From sequence record OW991345: DNA of 64,000 nucleotides, one strand, 5' to 3'. This DNA comes from Escherichia phage vB_Eco_AL25. Positions 11,601-21,226 of the stretch are shown piece after piece. The translations under genes and the position numbers were made by a program. The notes beneath the pieces were generated by a model that had not been told where the DNA came from, ran no database searches, and saw only the letters and a list, made by a program, of their open reading frames with translations. Position 1 is the first letter of the stretch; every line of letters begins with the position of its first letter.

Positions 11601-13169
11601 ACGAATAGTAACTTCTGCTTCTGGTGCTTGAGCCATAGCTTCTTGTGCTGCCTGTGCAACATAGTCATCAGCAACAGGAGATGCTTCTTCATTCTGCTTC
11701 ATAACCCGTTCACCACGAGCTACCAAAGTGTTCTTAATAGGAGAAACAACCTTACCTGCTACACTACCAGCAGCTTTAACACCAGCTATTGTGGTACGCA
11801 ATACAGGAGCAGTTGCAGCACCTGCTAAACGAGCAGCACCAGCCGGAGCCTGTACAACACCAGCAGAACCAAAGCCATAAAGAGCACCTAAACCAGCTTG
11901 TGTACCGACACCTTTAAGCAGGTCTTGGTTCTTATCAATGTTTTGTTGCTGTGCAATATTCTGAGCCAGTTGGCCTGTAGCACCCTGAACACCTTCTTCC
12001 ACTGTTTCACGGGCAAGGTTCATACCTACAGCACCTAAAGAACCAGCACGGAAAGGAGCCATCTCAAAACGAGATACTAGAGGACCAGTTGCAGCAGCAA
12101 TAGGTAATTGAATAGCAGCAGCAGTAAGACCAGTTTCAGATGCAGTTTGACGACGAGCCTGTTCAGGGGACATACCATCTTTAATATGTTGCTGATAAAC
12201 AGGAGACTTCTCTAAGTCTTTAAGACTCATCTTCATAATTTCGTCAGCAGTTTGTTGGTATGCACCACCAGCTTCCATTGCACCAACACCAATCATACCT
12301 GGTGCAGCTCTGCCTACAGTAGAGGCAATACGAGCCAGTGACTGAGTACCAGTACCTGCATCAATAGCACCAGCCAATGCAGCACTACGAAGAGTATTTA
12401 CTGGAACAACTGCTTTACCCAGTAAAGATGCACCCCTTAATACAGGACCAGCACCTAATAGAGAACCTACCCCTTCCGCTAACCCATCAGAAATAATAGA
12501 GTCAGTTTGAGCAGCGTTCTCAATTGAACCTACAAAATCACGTCCAAATTTAGATAAGGAAGCTACTATGTCATTAGTGCCTTCTTTCTTATCTGTTTGA
12601 TACTGACGTTCACTCTCTACTTCACTCATTAAGTTACGAGCAGCAAAGAGCTTACGTTTATCTTGTAATGCTTGGCTTTGGGTAGCATGGACAGCATCAT
12701 TAAACTTACTCAATTGTTGAGCAATGACAGCACCTGCATCATCGTTGAGTAAGCCTGCCCCAAGAGCACCAATGCCCCCAAGGGTATTAACAAAACCAAG
12801 ACCAACACCAGTAGCAATATCCCCCAGTTCTTCCCCAGGAGTTCTTGTAGTAACTGAATCATTAAATACCTGGTTCCCTGCATCAGCACGAGCGTTGATA
12901 AGTTGTAAGCCTTGCTCAACCCCATACTTATTCATGATTTGCATTGGAGTCAGATTCATGAAATCTGATTGCACTGTCCCTGGTTCAAATGCATTAGCCC
13001 CAACATTACCAGTACGGGCAGCTTGCATTTGATAAGCAGCATCAGGAGAAACAAGAGGAGTAGTGACACCTTGTTCAGCTTTCTTCTGGGCGGTTGCAGT
13101 AGAGACGTCAACTTGCTTTGCATTGGTTACGCTGTCTGCGAACCCAGCCAGTCTATCAAATACTGACAT
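2667..13169 (-). CDS. virion-encapsidated RNA polymerase (vRNAP, N4 gp50-like), 3500 aa from the second ATG
   Basis: Giant ORF; second ATG has RBS AGGAAA 6 nt upstream and gives exactly 3500 aa; T7-like motif-A-like block EADGVTNGPINAMM; position as last late gene. Confidence 0.85.
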   Translation of the reverse strand: MSVFDRLAGFADSVTNAKQVDVSTATAQKKAEQGVTTPLVSPDAAYQMQAARTGNVGANAFEPGTVQSDFMNLTPMQIMNKYGVEQGLQLINARADAGNQVFNDSVTTRTPGEELGDIATGVGLGFVNTLGGIGALGAGLLNDDAGAVIAQQLSKFNDAVHATQSQALQDKRKLFAARNLMSEVESERQYQTDKKEGTNDIVASLSKFGRDFVGSIENAAQTDSIISDGLAEGVGSLLGAGPVLRGASLLGKAVVPVNTLRSAALAGAIDAGTGTQSLARIASTVGRAAPGMIGVGAMEAGGAYQQTADEIMKMSLKDLEKSPVYQQHIKDGMSPEQARRQTASETGLTAAAIQLPIAAATGPLVSRFEMAPFRAGSLGAVGMNLARETVEEGVQGATGQLAQNIAQQQNIDKNQDLLKGVGTQAGLGALYGFGSAGVVQAPAGAARLAGAATAPVLRTTIAGVKAAGSVAGKVVSPIKNTLVARGERVMKQNEEASPVADDYVAQAAQEAMAQAPEAEVTIRDAVEATDATPEQKVAAHQYVSDLMNATRFNPENYQEAPEHIRNAVAGSTDQVQVIQKLADLVNTLDESNPQALMEAASYMYDAVSEFEQFINRDPAALDSIPKDSPAIELLNRYTNLTANIQNTPKVIGALNVINRMINESAQNGSLDVTEESSPQEMQNVALAAEVAPEKLNPESVNVVLKHAADGRIKLNNHQIAALQNAAAILKGAREYDAEAARLGLRPQDIVSKQIKTDESRTQEGQYSALQHANRIRSAYNSGNFELASAYLNDFMQFAQHMQNKVGALNEHLVTGNADKNKSVHYQALTADREWVRSRTGLGVNPYDTKSVKFAQQVALEAKTVADIANALASAYPELKVSHIKVTPLDSRLNAPAAEVVKAFRQGNRDVASSQQKADSVNQVKETPVTKQEPVTSTVQTKTPVSEPVKTEPTTKESRPQAIKEPVSQSEKRDVNLTNEDTIKQPTESVKETETSAKESTVTEELREGIDAVYPSLVGTADSKAEGIKNYFKLSFTLPEEQKSRTVGSEAPLKEVAQALSSRARYELFTEKEVANPAFNGEVIKRYKELMEHGEGIAGILRSRLAKFLNTKDVGKRFAQGTEANRWVGGKLLNIVEQDGDTFKYNEQLLQTAVLAGLQWRLTATSNTAIKDAKDVAAITGIDQALLPEGLVEQFDTGMTLTEAVSSLAQKIESYWGLSRNPNAPLGYTKGIPTAMAAEILAAFVESTDVVENIVDMSEIDPDNKKTIGLYTITELDSFDPINSFPTAIEEAVLVNPTEKMFFGDDIPPVANTQLRNPAVRNTPEQKAALKAEQATEFYVHTPMVQFYETLGKDRILELMGAGTLNKELLNDNHAKSLEGKNRSVEDSYNQLFSVIEQVRAQSEDISTVPIHYAYNMTRVGRMQMLGKYNPQSAKLVREAILPTKATLDLSNQNNKDFSAFQLGLAQALDIKVHTMTRGVMSDELTKLLEGNLKPAIDMMVEFNTTGSLPENAVDVLNTALGDRKSFVALMALMEYSRYLVAEDKSAFVTPLYVEADGVTNGPINAMMLMTGGLFTPDWIRNIAKGGLFIGSPNKTMNEHRSTADNNDLYQASTNALMESLGKLRSNYASNMPIQSQIDSLLSLMDLFLPDINLGENGALELKRGIAKNPLTITIYGSGARGIAGKLVSSVTDAIYERMSDVLKARAKDPNISAAMAMFGKQAASEAHAEELLARFLKDMETLTSTVPVKRKGVLELQSTGAGAKGKINPKTYTIKGEQLKALQENMLHFFVEPLRNGITQTVGESLVYSTEQLQKATQIQSVVLEDMFKQRVQEKLAEKAKDPTWKKGDFLTQKELNDIQASLNNLAPMIETGSQTFYIAGSENAEVANQVLATNLDDRMRVPMSIYAPAQAGVAGIPFMTIGTGDGMMMQTLSTMRGAPKNTLKIFDGMNIGLNDITDASRKANEAVYTSWQGNPIKNVYESYAKFMKNVDFSKLSPEALEAIGKSALEYDQRENATVDDIANAASLIERNLRNIALGVDIRHKVLDKVNLSIDQMAAVGAPYQNNGKIDLSNMTPEQQADELNKLFREELEARKQKVAKAKAEVKEETVSEKEPVNPDFGIVGREHKASGVRILSATAIRNLAKISNLPSTQAATLAEIQKSLAAKDYKIIYGTPTQVAEYARQKNVTELTSQEMEEAQAGNIYGWTNFDDKTIYLVSPSMETLIHELVHASTFEEVYSFYQGNEVSPTSKQAIENLEGLMEQFRSLDISKDSPEMREAYADAIATIEGHLSNGFVDPAISKAAALNEFMAWGLANRALAAKQKRTSSLVQMVKDVYQAIKKLIWGRKQAPALGEDMFSNLLFNSAILMRSQPTTQAVAKDGTLFHSKAYGNNERLSQLNQTFDKLVTDYLRTDPVTEVERRGNVANALMSATRLVRDVQSRGFNMTAQEQSVFQMVTAALATEAAIDPHAMARAQELYTHVMKHLTVEHFMADPDSTNPADRYYAQQKYDTISGANLVEVDAKGRTSLLPTFLGLAMVNEELRSIIKEMPVPKADKKLGNDVDTLLTNAGTQVMESLNRRMAGDQKATNVQDSIDALSETIMAAALKRESFYDAVATPTGNFIDRANQYVTDSIERLSETVIEKADKVIANPSNVAAKGVAHLAKLTAAIASEKQGEIVAQGVMTAMNQGKVWQPFHDLVNDIVGRTKTNANVYDLIKLVKSQISQDRQQFREHLPTVIAGKFSRKLTDTEWSAMHTGLGKTDLAVLRETMSMAEIRDLLSSSKKVKDEISTLEKEIQNQAGRNWNLVQKKSKQLAQYMITGEVGNNLLRNAHAISRLLGERITNSPVADVAAIDKLTTLYSLELMNKSDRDLLSELAQSEVEGMEFSIAYMVGQRTEEMRKAKGDNRTLLNHFKGYIPVENQQGVNLIIADDKEFAKLNSQSFTRIGTYQGSTGFRTGSKGYYFSPVAARAPYSQGILQNVRNTAGGVDIGTGFTLGTMVAGRITDKPTVERITKALAKGERGREPLMPIYNNKGQVVAYEQSVDPNMLKHLNQDNHFAKMVGVWRGRQVEEAKAQRFNDILIEQLYAMYEKDIKDSSANKSQYVNLLGKIDDPVLADAINLMNIETRRKAEELFGKDELWVRRDMLNDALGYRAASIGDVWTGNSRWSPSTLDTVKKMFLGAFGNKAYHVVMNAENTIQNLVKDAKTVIVVKSVVVPAVNFLANIYQMIGRGVPVKDIAVNIPRKTSEINQYIKSRLRQIDAEAELRAAEGNPNLVRKLKTEIQSITDSHRRMSIWPLIEAGEFSSIADAGISRDDLLVAEGKIHEYMEKLANKLPEKVRNAGRYALIAKDTALFQGIQKTVEYSDFIAKAIIYDDLVKRKKKSSSEALGQVTEEFINYDRLPGRFRGYMESMGLMWFYNFKIRSIKVAMSMIRNNPVHSLIATVVPAPAMFGNVGLPIQDNMLTMLAEGRLDYSLGFGQGLRAPTLNPWFNLTH

Positions 13170-13230
13170 AGTAGGTTTCCTATACAAACTTATATCTATT
13201 AGAAATCACACTATACCTAGTGTAAGGACG

Positions 13231-13258
13231 AGAAAAAAGCCCCGAAGGGCTTTTGTAT
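13231..13258 (-). terminator. hairpin terminator (bidirectional in appearance) just upstream of the vRNAP gene
   Basis: AAAAGCCC-CGAA-GGGCTTTT palindrome with T-runs on both strands. Confidence 0.5.
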
Positions 13259-13269
13259 TATGGTAGAAA

Positions 13270-15204
13270 TTAACGAGGAAATATATCAGGGATACCCAAT
13301 CGACGCCCGGCATCTCTGCCTAAACTTCTCCGGTTTGCCTCGCTCTCTTCCTGTTTAATATTTTGTAGGCTCTTAATATCCAAATTCTGAGGGTCAGCAG
13401 CTACAGCACTACGAGCACCATCAAGAAGACGTTTAGCAGTGTTAACTCGCTCCTGATAGCGAGGTAGTACACTTCTAAGGTTTTCCTGACCGGTTTGAAT
13501 ACGACGCTGTACTTCACGTAAATCAGCAAGTGCAGTATCTAACGTATTCTGTGCTGCATAGATGTTTGATTGAATTTGTGCAGTAAGCTGATTACGAGCA
13601 TTCTGTTCAATAGCAGTACCAGTAGTTGCAAGTTTTGCATTTGCTTCTACGGCTGCTTTATCCAGTTGGTAATCACCACCCAAATCAATAACATCAGTAT
13701 CAAAGGCATTTCGAATACCACTAAACCATCCCTCTGGTTTACCAGTGATACTACGTTGAATGATTGCTCCTGCCATAGCGGGAGAAATAGCATTCTGTTT
13801 TGCTACCTCATTGATTTGTCGAATCAGTGCACCTTGGTTAATACCTTTCAATTCGTTGCTATCAATAATACGTTTAGCTACCTGACCAGTCGTAGAAGGG
13901 TCAACAGTAGCTGCTTGGTATTCTGGCAGCAGAGTATTACCAATATTCTGCATATTACGAGTACCAACAGTATTACCAGCAACAGAAGTGAATGCTTGTT
14001 CCTGTAATGGATTAATAGAATTACCTGTTTCTGCTTGAGCAATGTAATCCTTCATTTCATCCCATGACAAGTTCTTATAAGCACCAGGAGTATCATCTGG
14101 TAAAGCAGCCCATGTACTCTTCAGATTGCCATTCTTACGAGCATTAAAAATAGCTTCACCCAGTTTGTCTTGGTTTTCTGGAGACATAGGAATGTTCTGC
14201 CAATCTTCACCAAATACCTTTGGAGCAAAGTCTTTAAGGGTATCTTGGTTAATCTGGTATGCACCAACAGGAGAAGCACCTAGTGTCTTCTTCATAGTGT
14301 CTTGATGCTGAACCACCTCACCTAAGTTCATCTGAGTAATAGGTACATCAGTTGGTGTGAACTTATAGGTAGTGTCATATGCAGAACCATTCCGAGTACC
14401 CTGAGTACCAGGAGGAGATAGAGATGCAGAACCAGTTCCCGGAGTATATGCACCTGGATATGCTCTATCTAACTGAGATAATGCACGACTTACTGCTCCA
14501 GGTGACATTTGGTCGAACGTACCCTCTGCAAGCATACGAGCATCGTCAGAACTGTATGCACCACGACGAATATTATTCAGTAACTGCATAGCAGCCTGAG
14601 TATCCGCATCGTTACGCATATCAACACCTAAGTCGAATAAGCTACGACGTTGACCAATACCAGCAGTACCTTGTCCTTGAAGGTTGTTCATGTAGTCCAT
14701 AACAACACCAGCAGGAAGGGTTTTTAATACATCCCCATACTGAGCCTGTGCTGCCTGAACCTTTCTTGGGTCACCAGATTGATAAGCCAGAGCCAATTCC
14801 TGCAATGCAGGGGCAGCAGCATCAGTAGCTGCATTTACCTTCATGGTTCTGTCATTACTGTATCGAGTGAAATCCAGATTTTGTTGTTTAGATGCTTGGT
14901 CTAACAGATTGCCAGCACGATTATCTAAGTTCTCCATAGTACGAGAAGAAATTAGAGAAGGGTCATAGCCAGCAAATAATGCTCCAGAAGCTAAGGCATT
15001 ACGATACTCATTAGGGTCTTGGTAACGCATGGCTTCAGCCATAATTGCATCACCAGCTTGCTGTCTTGCAGAGTTTCGAAAATCACCTAATGCATTACTC
15101 AATCCGGCAGTGGCATTACCCAGCATATTGGAGAAAGTACGAATACTATCCCCAACACCAGAGAAAGAAGGAGCATCAACATTACGCCATGTAATTTGAG
15201 CCAT
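13270..15204 (-). CDS. virion internal protein (N4 gp51-like by position), 644 aa
   Basis: Large late ORF adjacent to vRNAP; synteny only. Confidence 0.5.
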   Translation of the reverse strand: MAQITWRNVDAPSFSGVGDSIRTFSNMLGNATAGLSNALGDFRNSARQQAGDAIMAEAMRYQDPNEYRNALASGALFAGYDPSLISSRTMENLDNRAGNLLDQASKQQNLDFTRYSNDRTMKVNAATDAAAPALQELALAYQSGDPRKVQAAQAQYGDVLKTLPAGVVMDYMNNLQGQGTAGIGQRRSLFDLGVDMRNDADTQAAMQLLNNIRRGAYSSDDARMLAEGTFDQMSPGAVSRALSQLDRAYPGAYTPGTGSASLSPPGTQGTRNGSAYDTTYKFTPTDVPITQMNLGEVVQHQDTMKKTLGASPVGAYQINQDTLKDFAPKVFGEDWQNIPMSPENQDKLGEAIFNARKNGNLKSTWAALPDDTPGAYKNLSWDEMKDYIAQAETGNSINPLQEQAFTSVAGNTVGTRNMQNIGNTLLPEYQAATVDPSTTGQVAKRIIDSNELKGINQGALIRQINEVAKQNAISPAMAGAIIQRSITGKPEGWFSGIRNAFDTDVIDLGGDYQLDKAAVEANAKLATTGTAIEQNARNQLTAQIQSNIYAAQNTLDTALADLREVQRRIQTGQENLRSVLPRYQERVNTAKRLLDGARSAVAADPQNLDIKSLQNIKQEESEANRRSLGRDAGRRLGIPDIFPR

Positions 15205-15214
15205 GTGATACCTC

Positions 15215-15667
15215 TTAACGAGTTAAGCGATTAGCTGCAATGTAAGCATCAGCCGTAGATTGGTCACGATTTTCTGCAACAGCACGACTACGAGCACGGT
15301 CTTCCAGAGCAGTGTTATAGGACTTAATCTGGTTATTCAGATTAGTGTTAGTAACATCTTTAGCAAAAGAGAACTGATTCTTAGCTAACTTGTTAGCCTG
15401 TAATGCACCATAGATATTACCCAGTGCATTAAGACCACCTAACCCCAACTGGAAGGTAGGAATGTTCAGACCCAGTTGGTCAGTAAGCCCTTGAGTCTGT
15501 CCACCGGTATTCCCTGTAGCACCACCAGTAATGTTCTGAAGCCAGTCATTACTAAGGATGCCGGATTGCATAGGGTTATAGTTCATGGTTGGGGTATTAA
15601 AGGAACCATATCCATAGCCAAAATTGCTTTGTGCAGATGGGGTTCCAAAAAGGAAATTAGTATCCAT
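15215..15667 (-). CDS. virion protein (gp52-like), G/N/Q-rich, 150 aa
   Basis: ORF in late operon; low-complexity Gly/Asn-rich sequence. Confidence 0.5.
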   Translation of the reverse strand: MDTNFLFGTPSAQSNFGYGYGSFNTPTMNYNPMQSGILSNDWLQNITGGATGNTGGQTQGLTDQLGLNIPTFQLGLGGLNALGNIYGALQANKLAKNQFSFAKDVTNTNLNNQIKSYNTALEDRARSRAVAENRDQSTADAYIAANRLTR

Positions 15668-15680
15668 AAGGATTCTCCTG

Positions 15681-18338
15681 TTACGTATCTAAATCAAGCT
15701 GCAACGTTATATCTGCAAAGTTGGTAATCATGTTGTTAGACATATCAGCTATATCATGACCAGTCATAAGAGTACGGCTAAGGAATGAATCCAGTGGTTC
15801 AAATTGTTGGCCTACATTAGTTAGGTTCATTGGGTCAATGTAACCCATGCCCTCAGTGCCAAACATTTCCTCGTACTTTTCCTGAATGGTTTTCATCTGG
15901 TCACGGTACTCTGCCATAAGTTTCTCTGTCTTTTTGACAGTTTCCATAGCAGAAGCATTGATGTAATCACTTATGCCATTTCCTACAGATGAAGTGAGTT
16001 TAATGATGTTGTCTGCTTTCATCATTTCACCCAGCATCGTAGACATGGATGAACCAGTGGATAAAGCTGTGCCGACATTCATGGCTACCATAGAGGCAAT
16101 AGTAGCAACAATGATTCCAATCTTATCCCCAAGCAGACTAACAGAGACTGTTTGAATAATGGACATCAGAATCATAGCTGCAATGGCATTAGCCACAGCC
16201 CCAACGATAATAGCAGCTAACCCTGCAAAACCTAATGCAGCACCAATAGAAGCAGCAGTACCCATTACCCCAGCACCAGCAGCAGGGGTAAAGAACACAG
16301 ACACTACTACTGCAACAACAACCACTACTACTTTAAAGATGCCAGACTGATACCATTTCTTCTTAACTTTCTTATATGAGTTAAGAACCAGATAACAACA
16401 TGCAGTAGATAACTGAGTACCATTTACCAAAGACATACTACGATAAATGTTGTTATGAAGCGGGATGATAAATCCGGACTCTTCATCATCATTTAGTGCA
16501 TCTACACCAGAAATGCTTACAGATTTATTCTTGTAAACATTATTGTTATGGTTCAGGCCATAGACAGAAATCTTCCTCCATGAGTTATCCCCATCCTGCC
16601 AATACATTGTTATCTTATCTAGCCTGTAGATAGTAAACCCAACTTTGTCATTACCCTTTTCAGAGTACATAACAGCTTTCTGCATAAGGACTACAGTACC
16701 TTCATAAGCAAACTTGAGCTGCCCTTTCTTGGCTCCAGAGAATGCTTTACCTGAACCAACGGACTCTTCAATGAAGTTCCAACTAATAGTCATGTTGTAA
16801 CGGTATCCACCGTTAGAACGGATATTAATGGATTTAGAAGGTATTGTTGGGTATACGGGTCTTTTAGGGGGCTTCCCTATGGGAATATCCCTATTACCAC
16901 TACGAGATTCCCACCATTCCTGGTAAGCATCAAAGTCCCTGTTAGCCTGAGCAAAGCCTTCTACCAAAGCATCCATAGTTGGGTAGTTTGGGTCAGCAGG
17001 CATTGACTGATTCACTAACTGGAAGAATCTGTAGATGTACTCTTTAGCTGTATTTTCAGGACTATTAAGAGAACAACCAAATACAGCATAGATATACTGA
17101 ATATCACCAATATCTTTGTTCTTCTTTAGGTCATCCATAATGTCAGAAATCTTACCCCCTGTAGCCTTCTTAAAGGCTTTCTTACAAAGAGTATATGTAG
17201 AACCAGAAATCCAGTTCTTATCACTACGGATAGGGATGAATGAATAGAATCTGTTATTGGTTGTCTTATTAATAAACAGGGCATCAAGGACGGCATTACC
17301 ACTGTTCTGTTTATAAATAAACAGTTGAGGCATACCACCAGCAGACATAGTAGTAACTACATCTGTATTCTGATAAGACCATGTATAACCTAAAGTATCT
17401 GTAGTTACTGTAGTAGTTCTGGTTTCAGTAACCCCACCACCTAAATCAATAACTTCAGTGTTTGTAGTGGAACCAGTGGATACAGTGCCAGTCTGTACCT
17501 GGGTCATTGTAGTCTTACGAATAATGATTAAGCCTACTTCACTTGGTTCACGAAATTCTTTCTCGTAAACATCTGAGAAGTTAGTCCAACTAACCTGTTC
17601 TTCTTCAGTATTGGTACTTTCCTCATCAGGTCTGCCATCAGAGAATACACTCTTAATATGAGTAACTGTCTTCAGGGTAGCTGACTTAGGAGTATGGTTC
17701 TGAGATACCTGAGTCCATTCAGAAGTAGAAGGTAAGTCATCAGCAGATGATACAGATACAGCAGGGTGAACCACTGGGTCTGCAACACTAGTAGGCTGTA
17801 TGTAGTAATAGTTCACATACAGATACATTGCATCCTGACTGAAATTCTCTGGGTAAAAGGATAACTCACTACCATCAGTAGCAGTGAGTACAATCCTGTC
17901 ATCATCCATGATGTCTATTTCAAACTCTTCAGTAATATGGTCTGGATAATTCTCATAGAGGAATTTATCAGCCCATTCCTCAAAATCACCAAATCCAATC
18001 CTACTGCTCTGAACCTGTACCTCATAACCTGCTTTTTGAGGAACTTGCCATTTAACTACTTCAGGGTCTATCTGAGACAGTATTGACAAGTTCCCGTAAG
18101 CAATACCAATTGAAGGGTCATAGTTAGTTGCAGCCCAACCAGGGAATCTACGTAAACGAATACCAGGTCCATTTAAATAAGAGTCAGTGATGGTATCACC
18201 CATACTAAAGTCAGATTTACTGACGATGTTACCAATCACCGTAGTCTTTAAATAATTTGGACGTTTATGTATATCCCCTGCCAAATTGTAGACAGAGGAT
18301 GCTACGTAGATTTTAGTCTTACTGCTAAACAGTCCCAT
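15681..18338 (-). CDS. virion internal protein with polytopic membrane segment (gp53-like), 885 aa
   Basis: C-terminal third carries several long hydrophobic helices (VVVVVVAVVVSVFF..., AALGFAGLAAIIVGAV...); synteny. Confidence 0.5.
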   Translation of the reverse strand: MGLFSSKTKIYVASSVYNLAGDIHKRPNYLKTTVIGNIVSKSDFSMGDTITDSYLNGPGIRLRRFPGWAATNYDPSIGIAYGNLSILSQIDPEVVKWQVPQKAGYEVQVQSSRIGFGDFEEWADKFLYENYPDHITEEFEIDIMDDDRIVLTATDGSELSFYPENFSQDAMYLYVNYYYIQPTSVADPVVHPAVSVSSADDLPSTSEWTQVSQNHTPKSATLKTVTHIKSVFSDGRPDEESTNTEEEQVSWTNFSDVYEKEFREPSEVGLIIIRKTTMTQVQTGTVSTGSTTNTEVIDLGGGVTETRTTTVTTDTLGYTWSYQNTDVVTTMSAGGMPQLFIYKQNSGNAVLDALFINKTTNNRFYSFIPIRSDKNWISGSTYTLCKKAFKKATGGKISDIMDDLKKNKDIGDIQYIYAVFGCSLNSPENTAKEYIYRFFQLVNQSMPADPNYPTMDALVEGFAQANRDFDAYQEWWESRSGNRDIPIGKPPKRPVYPTIPSKSINIRSNGGYRYNMTISWNFIEESVGSGKAFSGAKKGQLKFAYEGTVVLMQKAVMYSEKGNDKVGFTIYRLDKITMYWQDGDNSWRKISVYGLNHNNNVYKNKSVSISGVDALNDDEESGFIIPLHNNIYRSMSLVNGTQLSTACCYLVLNSYKKVKKKWYQSGIFKVVVVVVAVVVSVFFTPAAGAGVMGTAASIGAALGFAGLAAIIVGAVANAIAAMILMSIIQTVSVSLLGDKIGIIVATIASMVAMNVGTALSTGSSMSTMLGEMMKADNIIKLTSSVGNGISDYINASAMETVKKTEKLMAEYRDQMKTIQEKYEEMFGTEGMGYIDPMNLTNVGQQFEPLDSFLSRTLMTGHDIADMSNNMITNFADITLQLDLDT

Positions 18339-18341
18339 GTA

Positions 18342-19250
<909 letters not shown>

Positions 19251-19260
19251 TCATTGGTTC

Positions 19261-19299
19261 ATTAAAAGAAAACGGCTCACGGTTTTACCCAGTGAGCCG
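19261..19299 (-). terminator. rho-independent terminator
   Basis: CGGCTCAC...GTGAGCCG stem followed on the minus strand by TTTTCTTTTAAT. Confidence 0.5.
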
Positions 19300-19320
19300 T
19301 GCTGACTTACAGATTAACTC

Positions 19321-19947
19321 TTATTGAGAGTCTACGCTACCAGCAGCAATCTGAGCAGCAGCCAGAGTTTGCAATTCTTCCTTAGTCAGTGGAGGCAGAA
19401 CTTCAATGGCAAACTCACGTACCCATGCAGACGTAATATTAGGCTGACCATTCTTACCTTTGGTAACTCGAATGTTCAGGAACTTACGTTCTTTGAGGAA
19501 GTTATAAATACAGTAAGGGATGTGATAGCCCTCATCAGTAGCTTCACCAAATGGAACGAATTTACGAACAGTACCAATATATTCGTTAGCTACTGTAATA
19601 ATCTCACCAGGCAGGTCTTTCTTCTTAGGGTCAAGGTTCTGAATACGTACTCGAACCAGCTTTAATTGTTCTAAGCGTTGCTGGTGACGTAAAGAAGTTG
19701 CCGTAGTTACTGTACCTGTAGACAGAGCCAGAGGATTAGGCTGAGGTTCTACTGGTTCCTGAGCTTTATTTTCCTGTGCTGCTTCAATCTTCTTACGAAG
19801 AGTTTCAGCACTAATATTATTTGAGTATGAAATACCCATCATATTAGCTCGTTGTTTCAGCAGAGAAAGTTCATCAACCTTAACTTCATCAACGGTGTCA
19901 TCGTTGCCCTGAGTTAAATCAGCGGTCGGTTTATCGTTAATGCTCAT
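19321..19947 (-). CDS. hypothetical late protein (gp55-like), 208 aa
   Basis: ORF immediately downstream of capsid gene terminator; synteny. Confidence 0.5.
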   Translation of the reverse strand: MSINDKPTADLTQGNDDTVDEVKVDELSLLKQRANMMGISYSNNISAETLRKKIEAAQENKAQEPVEPQPNPLALSTGTVTTATSLRHQQRLEQLKLVRVRIQNLDPKKKDLPGEIITVANEYIGTVRKFVPFGEATDEGYHIPYCIYNFLKERKFLNIRVTKGKNGQPNITSAWVREFAIEVLPPLTKEELQTLAAAQIAAGSVDSQ

Positions 19948-19957
19948 GTGTATATAT

Positions 19958-19992
19958 CCTATTCATAAAGTAAGGGGAGGTTTCCCTCCCCC
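19958..19992 (-). terminator. rho-independent terminator downstream of major capsid gene
   Basis: GGGGAGG-TTTC-CCTCCCC hairpin with T-rich tail on the minus strand. Confidence 0.55.
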
Positions 19993-20009
19993 TGATGTTA
20001 GCCCAACTA

Positions 20010-21215
20010 TTACAGCGGAGCTACAGTTTTAATAAGAGCCAGACGTTCTGGACGTTTAACCAGAATACCGTAGTACCATTTGATGCTGGAGAAGCCAGTT
20101 TCACCATATGGGTCATTACGGTCAGCAGTTTCTTTACCAGGCATCTTAGTCATAACGGTAAATTTAAGTGACTTACCGTCAGTCTGGAAGCCAATGGAGG
20201 TAAAGGAATCATCACCTACTACCAGCATTGGGTAAACGTCATAGTGCTCTTGGCCAGATACCATAGAGGTACGGTAACCAGGGTTAGCTCCAGTAGCCTG
20301 TGCACCAGCACCCGCCCAGTGCAGCATCTCTGGAACCTGAATGATACGGAACTTATCAATAGAACCGACTTCACCATTCATGATAGTACCTGCATCAGCA
20401 TAGTGCTGAGTTTCGATAAAGGCTTTATTACCGAACAGGTCTTTCATTGCTTTCAGTTCTGGAACCAGTTCAGAACCTACATACATGACACGAGTAGCAC
20501 CGATGACTTTAGTATCAATCATACGGGAACCAGTGATGATGGTAGTCTGAGTAGGAGTACGGTTCTCCGTCAGAATCTGGTCAAGACGCATCAGGTTCTT
20601 ATAAGAAACTACAGACGGGGTAGAACCTTCACCAGTGATGGTGGAATCAGAAGTAGCAGCACCAGCATACAGAACAGTACCAGCAGCAGCCAGCAGGTCT
20701 TTTTGCAGTACAGCTTCAGTAATCTGAGTAGCACCATTCATCAGTTCACGGGACAGGTGTTCCATCAGGCCATCATCAGAATCGAAGTCAATAGATTCCT
20801 GAGTGAACTCATAGAAGAAGCCAAACTTGTGAATAGAGCCTTCACGAGCAATACGAGTAAAACCAACACGGTTAACTCGACCACCGTTTTCAGTCAGTAG
20901 AGGCAGTTTGGAAGTAATGTTACCGATGTCTTTGCTGGAACCATACAGGTTACCGTTAACGATAGTAGCACCACTTGCATCAATACCCTGGTCATTGATG
21001 TTACGGTCATCCAGCAGAGGAACATATTCATATACCTTGATGGTCTTACCGTAATGCTTCGGCATGTTAGTTACAGAGGCCAGTGGCATGAAGTACTGCT
21101 CTTTACGGGCAGTGATGATTGCTTTCTTCAGCCAGAAGAAGGTTTGCATCTGGTCAGAGTTAGCACCATCAATACTAGATTTCTGACCGTCAATAGGAGC
21201 GTTATAGTTCAACAT
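20010..21215 (-). CDS. major capsid protein (N4 gp56-like), 401 aa
   Basis: 401 aa, same as recalled N4 MCP; lies between scaffold-like and terminator; strong terminator downstream. Confidence 0.75.
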   Translation of the reverse strand: MLNYNAPIDGQKSSIDGANSDQMQTFFWLKKAIITARKEQYFMPLASVTNMPKHYGKTIKVYEYVPLLDDRNINDQGIDASGATIVNGNLYGSSKDIGNITSKLPLLTENGGRVNRVGFTRIAREGSIHKFGFFYEFTQESIDFDSDDGLMEHLSRELMNGATQITEAVLQKDLLAAAGTVLYAGAATSDSTITGEGSTPSVVSYKNLMRLDQILTENRTPTQTTIITGSRMIDTKVIGATRVMYVGSELVPELKAMKDLFGNKAFIETQHYADAGTIMNGEVGSIDKFRIIQVPEMLHWAGAGAQATGANPGYRTSMVSGQEHYDVYPMLVVGDDSFTSIGFQTDGKSLKFTVMTKMPGKETADRNDPYGETGFSSIKWYYGILVKRPERLALIKTVAPL

Positions 21216-21226
21216 GTCTCAATTCC

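Noticed and set aside
20244-20900. 218-aa antisense ORF inside the major capsid gene
   Set aside because: Ser/Thr-rich low-complexity translation on the opposite strand of a conserved structural gene
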